Assembly (NCBI GenBank): GCA_030590485.1
Contig: JAUUYL010000006.1
Location: forward strand, 3,785 to 67,784
DNA length: 64,000 nucleotides
Source: Lentisphaerota bacterium
Lineage (GTDB): Bacteria; Verrucomicrobiota; Kiritimatiellia; UBA8416; JAUUYL01
Reading direction: 5' to 3'
Below, piece after piece: positions 50,166 through 59,222 of this stretch. The position numbers and the translations under genes are program-made. Within the stretch, counting starts at the first letter, position 1. Every line of letters begins with the position of its first letter. The notes beneath the pieces are model-generated. The model saw nothing but the letters and a program-made list of their open reading frames with translations, was not told the origin of the DNA and made no database searches.

Positions 50166-51254
50166 ATGAAGCCTGACAGACATTATATGGAGCGCGCGTT
50201 GGAGCTTGCCCGAAAGGGGGAGGGGCGGACCCATCCGAATCCGCCTGTGGGGGCAGTGATTGTAAAAGGCGGGCGTGTAGTAGGGGAAGGGTTTCATAAG
50301 AAGGCGGGCGGACCTCATGCCGAAATAGAAGCGATCAAGTCTGCTGGCAAGAAAGCTGACAAGGGCGCTCTTTATGTGACACTCGAGCCCTGTAGCAGTG
50401 CAGGAAAAACACCACCCTGTACGAAAGCCATTATTGAGGCAGGTATAGAAAAAGTTTTTATTGCAATCAAGGATCCCAATCCAAAGAATCACGGGCGCGG
50501 TATATATGTGCTTCGCAAGGCCGGTATCAGGACTGTGGAAGGGACATCTCGTGATGAAGCGTTTGAGCTGATTACTCCGTTCAGGAAATTAATAATGACC
50601 GGGCGGCCATATCTTACCCTGAAGATAGGAATGACGATTGACGGCAAGATAGCTGATTTTACTGGCAAGTCGAAATGGATAACAGGGAAGGAATCGCGTG
50701 CGTTGGTGCATGATCTGCGAAGGCGTGTGGACGCGGTCATGGTCGGCGGTCGGACAGCTGTCGCGGATGATCCGTCGCTTTTGTGTACGGGTCGAAGGGA
50801 TGGAAGCTTGCGCAGGATTATTGTTGATTCCAGTGGGAAACTTCCTTTCACAGCAAAGGTGCTTAATGATTCCTGCGCGTCAGCTACGATAGTTGCGACT
50901 ACTGAGAAATGCGCCAAGTCGCGAATCAAGAAATACGAGGCTAAGGGCGCAGAGGTATGGGTGCTTCCCGGATCACGAGGTGGTGTTTCTGTACCGAGGC
51001 TAATAGATAAGCTTGGTAAGGCAGGCCTTATGCATGTCTTGTGCGAGGGTGGGGGGGAGCTGGCTTTCAGTCTTATTAAGGCTGGAGTGACAGATAATCA
51101 CCTCTTTTTTATCGCGGCGAAATTGCTTGGTGGTGGAAAGTCTGTTCCTTCAATAGGCGGAGACGGCTGGAGCCTTAACAGTGCACCTAATCTGAAATTT
51201 AAAGAATATGAGAATGTTGGCGAAGACATATTGATAAGAGCTGTTCGCAAATGA
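50166..51254 (+). CDS. ribD: Riboflavin biosynthesis deaminase/reductase
   Basis: PNPPVGAV, HAE, TLEPC...TPPC, DGKIA...SKWIT and EGGG. Confidence 0.96.
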   Translation: MKPDRHYMERALELARKGEGRTHPNPPVGAVIVKGGRVVGEGFHKKAGGPHAEIEAIKSAGKKADKGALYVTLEPCSSAGKTPPCTKAIIEAGIEKVFIAIKDPNPKNHGRGIYVLRKAGIRTVEGTSRDEAFELITPFRKLIMTGRPYLTLKIGMTIDGKIADFTGKSKWITGKESRALVHDLRRRVDAVMVGGRTAVADDPSLLCTGRRDGSLRRIIVDSSGKLPFTAKVLNDSCASATIVATTEKCAKSRIKKYEAKGAEVWVLPGSRGGVSVPRLIDKLGKAGLMHVLCEGGGELAFSLIKAGVTDNHLFFIAAKLLGGGKSVPSIGGDGWSLNSAPNLKFKEYENVGEDILIRAVRK

Positions 51255-51264
51255 TGGAGGCGGC

Positions 51265-51903
51265 ATGTTTACTGGATTAATAGAGAAAACTGGCAAGTTG
51301 ATTGCGATGAAAGAAAGCGATGAAAGCGCGTCGCTTACGATTGAATGCGGTGAGTGGGATGATCCGCTGAAGGATGGGGAAAGTGTTGCCGTGCAGGGTG
51401 CGTGCCTGACCGTTACATCTTCAGGAAAGAATACATTTGATGCTGACTTGCTGAAGGAAACTATCGACACGACTACTTTTGTCTCAATGAAGCAAGGTAC
51501 GGTCGTTAATCTGGAGCGAGCGTTGAGAAGTGACGACAGGATAGGGGGTCATATAGTTTCCGGGCATGTGGATGGACTTGGGACAATAAAAAACGTCTCG
51601 CAAATCGGTAGAGACTGGATTTTGGATATAGAGTGCGCGCCTGGGCTTCTGCAGGAGATAATCGTTAAGGGCTCGATTGCCATCAACGGCGTCAGTCTGA
51701 CGGTTACCGAATGCACAGATGCATCGTTCTCTGTAAATATTATTCCTCACACATGGGCGAATACCAACCTGAACGGGTTGAAAGCGGGTGACATCTTGAA
51801 TATTGAGACTGATGTTATTGCTAAATATGTCAATAAATATCAGGAAAGAACTGCTCGTTCTGAAGTTACTCTCGAAACCCTCAAGAACGCAGGTTTCATT
51901 TAA
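51265..51903 (+). CDS. ribE: Riboflavin synthase
   Basis: MFTGLIE, GACLT, NLERA, GGHIVSGHVD and GVSLTV. Confidence 0.96.
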   Translation: MFTGLIEKTGKLIAMKESDESASLTIECGEWDDPLKDGESVAVQGACLTVTSSGKNTFDADLLKETIDTTTFVSMKQGTVVNLERALRSDDRIGGHIVSGHVDGLGTIKNVSQIGRDWILDIECAPGLLQEIIVKGSIAINGVSLTVTECTDASFSVNIIPHTWANTNLNGLKAGDILNIETDVIAKYVNKYQERTARSEVTLETLKNAGFI

Positions 51904-51924
51904 AGAGTAAACCGCTTTCGACAC

Positions 51925-51953
51925 TTGACACATCCTCTTTCGTAGGATAGTTT
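51925..51953 (+). promoter_or_regulatory. Sigma70-type promoter for the Zn-ribbon gene and probably rnpB
   Basis: TTGACA-17 nt-TAGTTT. Confidence 0.55.
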
Positions 51954-51989
51954 ATGGCTCTTTTATTGAGAGTGGAAAGGTCTTTTAAA

Positions 51990-52679
51990 GTGAATACTGT
52001 TGACAAATTGCTGGAATTGCAAAAGCGGGACTGCACCATACGTGATATCAAGCAGGAGCTTCAGGATATCCCCGCGAGGCAGAAGGAAGAGGAAGTGCGG
52101 CTTGATGAGCACAAGTTGGCACTTGCTGAAGCCGAGGATGCCTTAAAGTCTGAGCAGGCATCTATCGCTGATGTTGAACTCGAAATAAACTCAAGCAATG
52201 AGAAGATATCAAAGCTTCGTCAGCAGCAATTGGAACTGAAGACCAACAAAGAATTTCGTGCCATGGAAGATGAGATCAAAGCTGTCCTTAGCGGAATCAC
52301 CACGTTCGAAGACAAGCAACTGCTCTTGATGGAAGATCTTGAGCAGGCCAGTGGTATTGTTGAGGAAAAGCGCAAGGCGCTTGCCGAGGAAGCTGCGGCT
52401 GTAGAGGGTGATAAGAAGGTGCATGGCGATCGTGCAGCGGCGCTTGAAAGCGAACTGAAAACGCTTGAGGAGGCTCGCGCATCTGAGGCAGCCGACATAG
52501 ACGCCGGATGGTTGACACGTTACGATTTGATAATTGAGCGCAAGGGTAGAGCAATGGTGCTGGTTGATAACGGTATTTGCGGTGGATGCCACATGCAGTT
52601 GCCGCCAGCAGTTATTCATGCTGCAGCCGCACACAATACCATGGTGTTTTGTGACCATTGCGGAAGACTTTTATATTGA
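51990..52679 (+). CDS. Coiled-coil C4 zinc-ribbon protein (zf-RING_7; CT398/HP0958 family)
   Basis: LLELQKRD, long coiled coil, KTNKEF, CGGCHM and CDHCGRLLY; GTG 51990 chosen as start. Confidence 0.88.
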   Translation: MNTVDKLLELQKRDCTIRDIKQELQDIPARQKEEEVRLDEHKLALAEAEDALKSEQASIADVELEINSSNEKISKLRQQQLELKTNKEFRAMEDEIKAVLSGITTFEDKQLLLMEDLEQASGIVEEKRKALAEEAAAVEGDKKVHGDRAAALESELKTLEEARASEAADIDAGWLTRYDLIIERKGRAMVLVDNGICGGCHMQLPPAVIHAAAAHNTMVFCDHCGRLLY

Positions 52680-53106
52680 CCGATGGGATGGAGTGGTCGC
52701 CTTTTCTTAGTCTCAGGGTTTACTCTGAGAGGAGGGGAGGGAGGAAAGTCCGGACTCCATAGGGCAGGATGACTCCGTCGGCTGACGGAGAGGTTTCTCG
52801 TTTAAGCGGGGAATACGGAAAGTGCCACAGAAAATATACCGCCCTGAGCAAGTGAGGCGCAAGCCGAACACGTCGAAGGGTAAGGGTGAAATGGTAGTGT
52901 AAGAGACTACCGCCCCGAGAGTAATCGAGGGGGCAGGGTAAACCCCATCCGGAGCAAAGTCAAATAGGGAACTGGAGGTTGTCCGTCTCATTTTCGCCTT
53001 GGCGAATACAGTTTCGGGTTGACCGCAATAGATAAATGACCAATAATTCGCTGAAGCCTCGGCTAAAGCGGGTGAAACAGAATCCGGCTTATGAATTTCA
53101 TCGGTC
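52678..53106 (+). ncRNA. rnpB: RNase P RNA, bacterial type A
   Basis: GAGGAAAGTCCGGACTC, GGAAAGTGCCACAGAAA, GGTAAACCCC..CCGGAGCAA and AACAGAATCCGGCTTAT; P1 gaccgatggga/tttcatcggtc. Confidence 0.96.
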
Positions 53107-53987
53107 AATATAATAATAAATCGAGAAAGGCGGCATACGCTGTCCTTTTTATGGCCATTGCCGGCTCTATTGCAATTCTTGCGCAGGTCTTCTTAATGCC
53201 GGCTATTATTCCATCTAATGATTCAGATCGTCAGAATGCTGTCGAATGGATAGAGCCGTCGCCAATGGGCAATCTTGATTGGTCTGTTGTTCAAAGTGCT
53301 TCCGGTGTTGTCGGGATTGATGGAGGGTTGGCATCAAAGAAATTTCGCCTGGCGGGTACATTTATTGCGCATGGTGGACAGAATGACAAGAGACGGGCAA
53401 TTCTGGATAATTTAACTACTCATAAGCAGAGAATTGTATCCGAGAATGAAGAAATTGAGGGATTCCTTGTTCTCAGGATATTCACTGATCGAGTCGTCGT
53501 TCGGGGGCAGGACGGCGAGGAGCAGCTCAGGCTTAGTTTTACCGGCCCAGGCGAAGTGGCTGAGGCTAATCCTAATAAAGGCGAAAAGGCTGGAAATGGC
53601 GAGTTCGTCGCCAAGAAGGGTCTTTTTGGCAAGCAAGTAGGGGAGCATAGCTATGTTATTAAGCGTGAGAAGCTATTGGCCTACTATAATGAGCTTCGGG
53701 ATCAACCTCAGCGCCTAGTGACTGTGTTTGACTCATTGAAGCCCATATGGACCGAGGATAGTAAAATTGCCGGATATCATCTTGATGTTGAAGGTGAGCC
53801 TGAGTTCTTTAAGGAGCTGGGCTGGAAGCAAGGTGATGTTATACGGGCTGTAAATTCGATGGCTATGTCCAACCGTTATCGTGCGGAGTATTTCATACGC
53901 GAATTCGTTGCTGACCGAGCAAACGCATTCCTGATCGATATGGAACGTGATGGCGAGACTATGAAGAAGGTATATCGCGTCAGATAG
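53091..53987 (+). CDS. GspC/PilP-like protein (TM, HR domain, PDZ-like C-terminus)
   Basis: TM; FRLAGT...RRAIL...LRIFTDRVVV; GWKQGDVIRAVN PDZ; start uncertain (53091 or 53151). Confidence 0.7.
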   Translation: MNFIGQYNNKSRKAAYAVLFMAIAGSIAILAQVFLMPAIIPSNDSDRQNAVEWIEPSPMGNLDWSVVQSASGVVGIDGGLASKKFRLAGTFIAHGGQNDKRRAILDNLTTHKQRIVSENEEIEGFLVLRIFTDRVVVRGQDGEEQLRLSFTGPGEVAEANPNKGEKAGNGEFVAKKGLFGKQVGEHSYVIKREKLLAYYNELRDQPQRLVTVFDSLKPIWTEDSKIAGYHLDVEGEPEFFKELGWKQGDVIRAVNSMAMSNRYRAEYFIREFVADRANAFLIDMERDGETMKKVYRVR

Positions 53988-53988
53988 A

Positions 53989-54040
53989 GCATTCGAAAAC
54001 CCTTTTCGAATGAATGGTTAATGGCAATGGTTTATGGTTG
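53989..54040 (+). repeat. Hairpin plus heptamer dispersed element (copy after gspC-like gene)
   Basis: cattcgaaaa-ccc-ttttcgaatg then aatggtt aatggca atggttt atggttg. Confidence 0.7.
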
Positions 54041-54128
54041 GTGTGCGGCTAGCGTAAAAGTTATCTTAGTGGCCAAATCAGCCCCAAAAGCAAAAAACCC
54101 CAATATATTGTGTTTTCCCATGTACATG

Positions 54129-54156
54129 AGTAGACATAAGATATATTATGCGACGT
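54129..54156 (-). other. dif site (XerC/XerD chromosome-dimer resolution site)
   Basis: ACGTCGCATAA-TATATC-TTATGTCTACT versus E. coli dif GGTGCGCATAA-TGTATA-TTATGTTAAAT; 11-6-11 layout, intergenic, at the convergence point of gene orientation. Confidence 0.8.
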
Positions 54157-54190
54157 TGGAAGTTGTATCAATAAAGCAAGGTTATATAAT

Positions 54191-54218
54191 GAGATTTCTC
54201 GACTTTGCTCGGAATGAC
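54191..54218 (-). repeat. REP-like short palindromic element
   Basis: GTCATTCCGAGCAAAGTCGAGAAATCTC, resembling a widespread GTCAT...ATCT intergenic repeat; single copy here. Confidence 0.5.
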
Positions 54219-54222
54219 ACTT

Positions 54223-55338
54223 CTACCGACTTGCTAAGCCCCATCTACGGGTAAATGGCCAGTACACCATAACGGCGGGTCCAAGCATGTTCTCAGCAGG
54301 AACCGGCCCCCAGTAACGACTGTCCCGGCTGGAGCGCGTATTATCTCCACAGGCAATATAGCCATCCTCGGGTATCTGCATGACCTGTTCTGAATTAGCC
54401 ATGTATGGCATCGTTATATCATGACCAGGATTCTGGTATCCGGCTTTGTATGGAGCTTCTTGATTCTGAATCCGGGTAATCTGGTGAGGTTTAGTCAGAA
54501 TCTTGCCGTTAATCTCGATGCTCGGCACTCTTATGCGTATTTTCTCACCAGGAAGCCCGACAAGCCGTTTAATGTAATGCGACCCTCTATCTATGCCCGC
54601 AATATTATCGGTCTTAAATACCATGATTTCGCCCCGTTTTGGTCGTCTGAAATTCCAGCTTACCTTATCGACAAAAACATGATCTCCAGCCTTCATGACG
54701 CCTTCCCAGATAACCGTTCCTTTTTTGACGAATTCGCCAGATTCAAAGCGCCTCATATACGCACCCTCGGGAATCTTGTACTTAGTCGGGCCGATTACAC
54801 AGTACATATAAACCGGATTCGAGTTTCCGGGTGAGTATTTAGTGTCGTACCAGCCTTTAAAGACTCCATTCCGCTTTGCAACGACTTTCATGTACTTGTC
54901 GCCGGTTATAATCCATTTAAGGTATCGCATCGGCACCTTGTCCATATAAGTAGGCTTATAACCCCCCTCCTCGACCGTTACACCATTTAGCGTCGGCTGC
55001 ATTGATCCGGTTGGAATCTTGAAGGGTTGAATGAAGTACGCCTTGATTGCCATCGCAACCGTCAGCGCCACAACAAGCACTTCAAAGTTCTCTCTAAAGC
55101 CGGCCATCTTCTTTATGGACGCCAGGCTGCATGAAATGTCGTAGAGCTCATTTCCGCAGTCCTTGATCTTGGAATGATCTTTCTCTTTCACGGCGGCATG
55201 AAGATTGCCCTCAGCTTTAGCAAGCCGATCTTTGTCCTCAGACGTCATAAGATCCTCACGCATATTGGAAAGATGTCGCGTATGATGAAGAACGTCTTTA
55301 GCCATCTTCAGACTTTTTCTTTTCTCAAAATAATTCAT
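54223..55338 (-). CDS. lepB: Signal peptidase I
   Basis: QPFKIPTGSMQPTL, GDHVFVDK, YIKRLVGLPGE and GDN..SSRDSRYWG. Confidence 0.94.
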   Translation of the reverse strand: MNYFEKRKSLKMAKDVLHHTRHLSNMREDLMTSEDKDRLAKAEGNLHAAVKEKDHSKIKDCGNELYDISCSLASIKKMAGFRENFEVLVVALTVAMAIKAYFIQPFKIPTGSMQPTLNGVTVEEGGYKPTYMDKVPMRYLKWIITGDKYMKVVAKRNGVFKGWYDTKYSPGNSNPVYMYCVIGPTKYKIPEGAYMRRFESGEFVKKGTVIWEGVMKAGDHVFVDKVSWNFRRPKRGEIMVFKTDNIAGIDRGSHYIKRLVGLPGEKIRIRVPSIEINGKILTKPHQITRIQNQEAPYKAGYQNPGHDITMPYMANSEQVMQIPEDGYIACGDNTRSSRDSRYWGPVPAENMLGPAVMVYWPFTRRWGLASR

Positions 55339-55346
55339 AATTCAGA

Positions 55347-55402
55347 AACTATTAACTAATAACAATTAACTTTTAACTGCATCCGAGAATCTTTTCGGAT
55401 GC
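55347..55402 (-). repeat. Hairpin plus heptamer dispersed element (copy after lepA)
   Basis: Minus strand gcatccgaaa-agat-tctcggatgc then agttaaa agttaat tgttatt agttaat. Confidence 0.75.
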
Positions 55403-55405
55403 TCT

Positions 55406-57211
55406 CTAACTGGTTTTCAATACTGCGATGAAAGCCTTCGATGGAACGTTGACGTCTCCAAACTGTTTCATTCGCTTTTTACCCTTTTTCTGCTTTTTAA
55501 GCAATTTCTGCTTTCTGGTGACGTCACCGCCGTACAGTTTCGCTGTAACGTCTTTTCTGAATGGTCTAATGGTCTCTCTGGCAATTATATTGCAATTGAT
55601 TGTCGCCTGCACAGGAATGGCGAACTGATGAGGAGGGATGGCTTCTTTAAGCGCCTTGCATATCTGCTTTCCTCTGGTTCTGGCCTTGTCTCTATGAACC
55701 ATGGTAGAGAAAGCATCAACCCCTTCACCGTTAAGCAACATATCGAGCTTAACAATATCACTGATCTCATACCCCTCATATTCATAGTCCATCGATGCAT
55801 ATCCACGGCTTATACTCTTAAGTGTATCATGAAAATCAATTAGTATCTCGTTGAGCGGCAATTTGGCGGTAAGTATAACTCTGTTTGAGTCAAGGGAGTC
55901 TGTCTTTGTGACCTCCCCTCGCCTATCCATTACAAGCTTCAATATATCGCCAATATGTTCATTGTTACATATAATCATCGCCTTGATAATCGGTTCCTGA
56001 ATCTGCTCGATTGTTGACGGGTCGGGATAATTGACAGGGTTGTCGAATTCCAACGTATCACCCTTCTTCGTCAATATCTTGTAGATTACCGCAGGATGCG
56101 TGCTGATTACATCCATATCGAACTCACGCTTCAATCGCTCTTGTATTACTTCCATATGCAGTAATCCAAGGAAACCACACCTGAACCCAAATCCAAGTGC
56201 TGTTGAGTTCTCAGGATGAAAGGAAAAAGCAGCATCGTTCAGCCTCAGCTTGTCTAAACTTTGACGAAACTTCTCGTATTCGGAAGTATCCACAGGGTAG
56301 AGACCGCTGAAAACCATGGGGTGTATCTCCTGAAATCCGGTTAACCGCTCTGTGGCAGGATATTTAGACAGCGTTACAGTGTCTCCAATGCTAATTTCTG
56401 ACGGATCTTTTATTGTTCCCACAATATATCCGACATCGCCACCGTTCAACACCCCAGTGGAAACAGGTTTCGGAGCAAATATCCCGATCTCCTTAATTTT
56501 ACTGGTGACATCGCTACCCATAAAGATGATATCGTCGCCTTCTTTGAGTTGTCCCTCCCTAATCCTTACATATGTTACAACACCCCTGTAGGCATCATAA
56601 ACCGAGTCGAATACAAGTGCTCTGGTCTTTTCTGGGTCCATAGAAAGCGGTTTCGGCGGAGGCATGCGCTTCACGACAGCTTCGAGAACCTTCTCAATAC
56701 ATTCCCCTGATTTAGCGCTCACACAGAGATCTAAATCAACTTCAATCGCAAGGATGTCCTCAATCTGATGCGCAACACCTTCAATATCAGCGTTCGGAAG
56801 ATCTATCTTGTTGATTACAGGGATAATCTCCAATCCGTTGTCCATTGCCAGATATACATTGGCAACAGTCTGTGCTTCGACCCCCTGTGCAGCATCGACC
56901 ACAAGCAGTGCTCCTTCGCAAGCAGCCATGCTCCTGGAGACTTCGTAAGTGAAGTCGACATGTCCGGGAGTGTCAATAAGGTTGAATTTGTAGAGTTGTC
57001 CATCCAAAGCCTTGTAGTTCATGGTTACAGGATGGGATTTGATGGTGATACCACGCTCTCGCTCGAGATCCATGTCGTCGAGTATCTGATCCCTGAAATC
57101 ACGATCTTCAACGGTATGGGTCAATTGAATCATGCGATCAGCGAGCGTGGATTTTCCATGGTCGATATGCGCTATGATGCAGAAATTTCGAATGTTATCA
57201 GTAGAAGACAT
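55406..57211 (-). CDS. lepA: Elongation factor 4
   Basis: IRNFCIIAHIDHGKSTLADR, DTPGHVDF, GFRCGFLGLLH and YGGDVTRK.KLL. Confidence 0.97.
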   Translation of the reverse strand: MSSTDNIRNFCIIAHIDHGKSTLADRMIQLTHTVEDRDFRDQILDDMDLERERGITIKSHPVTMNYKALDGQLYKFNLIDTPGHVDFTYEVSRSMAACEGALLVVDAAQGVEAQTVANVYLAMDNGLEIIPVINKIDLPNADIEGVAHQIEDILAIEVDLDLCVSAKSGECIEKVLEAVVKRMPPPKPLSMDPEKTRALVFDSVYDAYRGVVTYVRIREGQLKEGDDIIFMGSDVTSKIKEIGIFAPKPVSTGVLNGGDVGYIVGTIKDPSEISIGDTVTLSKYPATERLTGFQEIHPMVFSGLYPVDTSEYEKFRQSLDKLRLNDAAFSFHPENSTALGFGFRCGFLGLLHMEVIQERLKREFDMDVISTHPAVIYKILTKKGDTLEFDNPVNYPDPSTIEQIQEPIIKAMIICNNEHIGDILKLVMDRRGEVTKTDSLDSNRVILTAKLPLNEILIDFHDTLKSISRGYASMDYEYEGYEISDIVKLDMLLNGEGVDAFSTMVHRDKARTRGKQICKALKEAIPPHQFAIPVQATINCNIIARETIRPFRKDVTAKLYGGDVTRKQKLLKKQKKGKKRMKQFGDVNVPSKAFIAVLKTS

Positions 57212-57255
57212 AAATGCCTGATGGTTAATGGTTAAATGGTTGATGGTTCATTGCT

Positions 57256-57930
57256 TCAGAGGACAAAAGCTTCCGTGGTGACTTTGCGCAATTCCGCAAG
57301 AGTCGCCTTCATATCGTCCGCAGTATAAAGAAAGTTGCCTGCAACAAATCTGTTCGCACCATGCGCGGCACATTCCCGCCCTGTCTCAAAATTGATTCCG
57401 CCATCGACCATGATGTCCATATTGTTTAGGCCAAGCTCTTTAGCTTTCTCCCTGATGGCTCTGACCTTTGGGAGTACTTCAGGCATGAACGACTGACCGC
57501 CGAAGCCAGGGTTGACTGTCATGCAGAGAACTTCGTCAACTTGCTCGATCACGGGAAACACCATCTCAGCCGGTGTTCCGGGATTAAGGGTAATGGCAAC
57601 ACGGACGCCCTGGTTACGGATATAAGCGAGTACTTCAGGCACATTGCATTCAGCCTCAATATGGATTTGAACAGTATCGGAACCAGCTTCGATAAAACTT
57701 TGAGCAAGCTGATCAGGATTAGATATCATAAGATGGGTGTTCAACGGTATCTTGACAGTGTTCCTGGCCATCTTAACGACCTGCGGTCCTATAGTCAGAT
57801 TTGGGACAAAATGACCGTCCATAACGTCAAGATGAAGTGCGTCAGCGCCTGCATCTTCAGCCATTTTAGCACCCTCTGCAAGGTGCCCAAAATCTGCGGA
57901 TAAAAGTGATGGAAGTATGTTTATTTTCAT
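57256..57930 (-). CDS. rpe: Ribulose-phosphate 3-epimerase
   Basis: PSLLSADF, HLDVMDGHFVPN, MTVNPGFGGQ and VDGGI. Confidence 0.96.
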   Translation of the reverse strand: MKINILPSLLSADFGHLAEGAKMAEDAGADALHLDVMDGHFVPNLTIGPQVVKMARNTVKIPLNTHLMISNPDQLAQSFIEAGSDTVQIHIEAECNVPEVLAYIRNQGVRVAITLNPGTPAEMVFPVIEQVDEVLCMTVNPGFGGQSFMPEVLPKVRAIREKAKELGLNNMDIMVDGGINFETGRECAAHGANRFVAGNFLYTADDMKATLAELRKVTTEAFVL

Positions 57931-57984
57931 GGCGCGGAATAATACACGGCAAACCCGCATTTTCCAAGCCTAAAATAAGGCTAT

Positions 57985-58722
57985 TCAGTAGCGAACCTTC
58001 CAGAGAAAGAGGCCCTGAGGAGGTGCCGTTTCGACATGCTGAGTTCTTTTCTCTGCCTTAAGAATTTTCTTTGTCTCGGCTGGCTTAGCTTTCCCCTTCC
58101 CCACCCTGATAAGATATCCGGCTATACTTCGAACCATCTTGTATAGAAAACCCGAGCCCTGCGCTATGATAACGATCTCTGAGCCTTTCTTTTTTACATC
58201 AAGGCGATATAGATCACGCACGTAACTACCCTCTTCTTTACGTCTATTGGCGGAGAATGATTTAAAACTATGCCGACCTACTAAATATTTAGCTGCTTTC
58301 GCCATTTTGTCTACGTCAAGTGGAGTGCGGACATGCGTTCTATAGGATCTCTGAAAAGGCGGCAGAACCTCGTCGTTCCATATGAAGTACCGATATTCCT
58401 TGGTTTTAACTGTCTTGCGCGCGTGGAATGAATCGCAAACTTTCTTACTGCTCAATATGCGTATATCTTCAGGAAGGAGCGCATTCAGAGCTCTCATCAT
58501 GCCGCGTTCGGTGAATTTTTTTTCAATATCAAAATGTGCAACTTGTCCTCTGGCATGCACGCCCTGATCTGTACGCCCACTGCCGTGAACCTTGATGCTC
58601 TCACCCGAGAGCTCATGCAGCGCTTTTTCGATTGTACCCTGTACGGATACATCTTCAGGCTGAACCTGCCAGCCAAAGTACTCAGTCCCATCATACGATA
58701 TTGTTATTTTAAATCTCTGCAT
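57985..58722 (-). CDS. truA: tRNA pseudouridine(38-40) synthase
   Basis: YDGT.YFGWQ.Q, GRTDQGVHA, FLYKMVR and TAPPQGL. Confidence 0.96.
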   Translation of the reverse strand: MQRFKITISYDGTEYFGWQVQPEDVSVQGTIEKALHELSGESIKVHGSGRTDQGVHARGQVAHFDIEKKFTERGMMRALNALLPEDIRILSSKKVCDSFHARKTVKTKEYRYFIWNDEVLPPFQRSYRTHVRTPLDVDKMAKAAKYLVGRHSFKSFSANRRKEEGSYVRDLYRLDVKKKGSEIVIIAQGSGFLYKMVRSIAGYLIRVGKGKAKPAETKKILKAEKRTQHVETAPPQGLFLWKVRY

Positions 58723-58799
58723 ATCACTGTCCGCTTAGACTCAAAACCGACTGCTTATTACCTGAACCATTAACCATCAACCATTCAGTGATGACCAGT

Positions 58800-59222
58800 T
58801 TACTGGGCAGCACTGCTCTTTGCATCAAGATAACCTTGAAGTATCACCTGCGCGGCGACCCGATCGCGGACACCCTTCTTCTCTCGGTTGTCCATGCCCG
58901 CTTCATTAAGCGCTCGGTCTGCAGCCATGCTGCTCATTCTTTCGTCCCAACCATCTACTGGTATATCAACAGCATTGGAAAGCAACTTCATGAAAACTGT
59001 GACTTTTTCGTATATAGGCCCTTCTGTTCCGTTCATATTGAACGGCAGTCCAACCACGATCATTTCAGCTTCCTTTTCCACGGAAACCTCTTTGATCTTT
59101 GCGACGGCGTCCGAGTCGCTTGTTACCTCAAGGGTGCATGCGGGCATGGCAAAGAAACCAGCAGGATCGCTTATTGCGACGCCCACTCTTCGTTCACCCC
59201 AGTCAATACCAAGAACTGTCAC
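58800..59222 (-). CDS. ruvX: YqgF/RuvX pre-16S rRNA nuclease
   Basis: LGIDWGERRVGVAISD, VGLP, WDERMSS and D..AA..ILQ.YLD. Confidence 0.93.
   Translation of the reverse strand: MTVLGIDWGERRVGVAISDPAGFFAMPACTLEVTSDSDAVAKIKEVSVEKEAEMIVVGLPFNMNGTEGPIYEKVTVFMKLLSNAVDIPVDGWDERMSSMAADRALNEAGMDNREKKGVRDRVAAQVILQGYLDAKSSAAQ

Noticed and set aside
52713-53108. 131-aa minus-strand ORF
   Set aside because: Antisense shadow of rnpB
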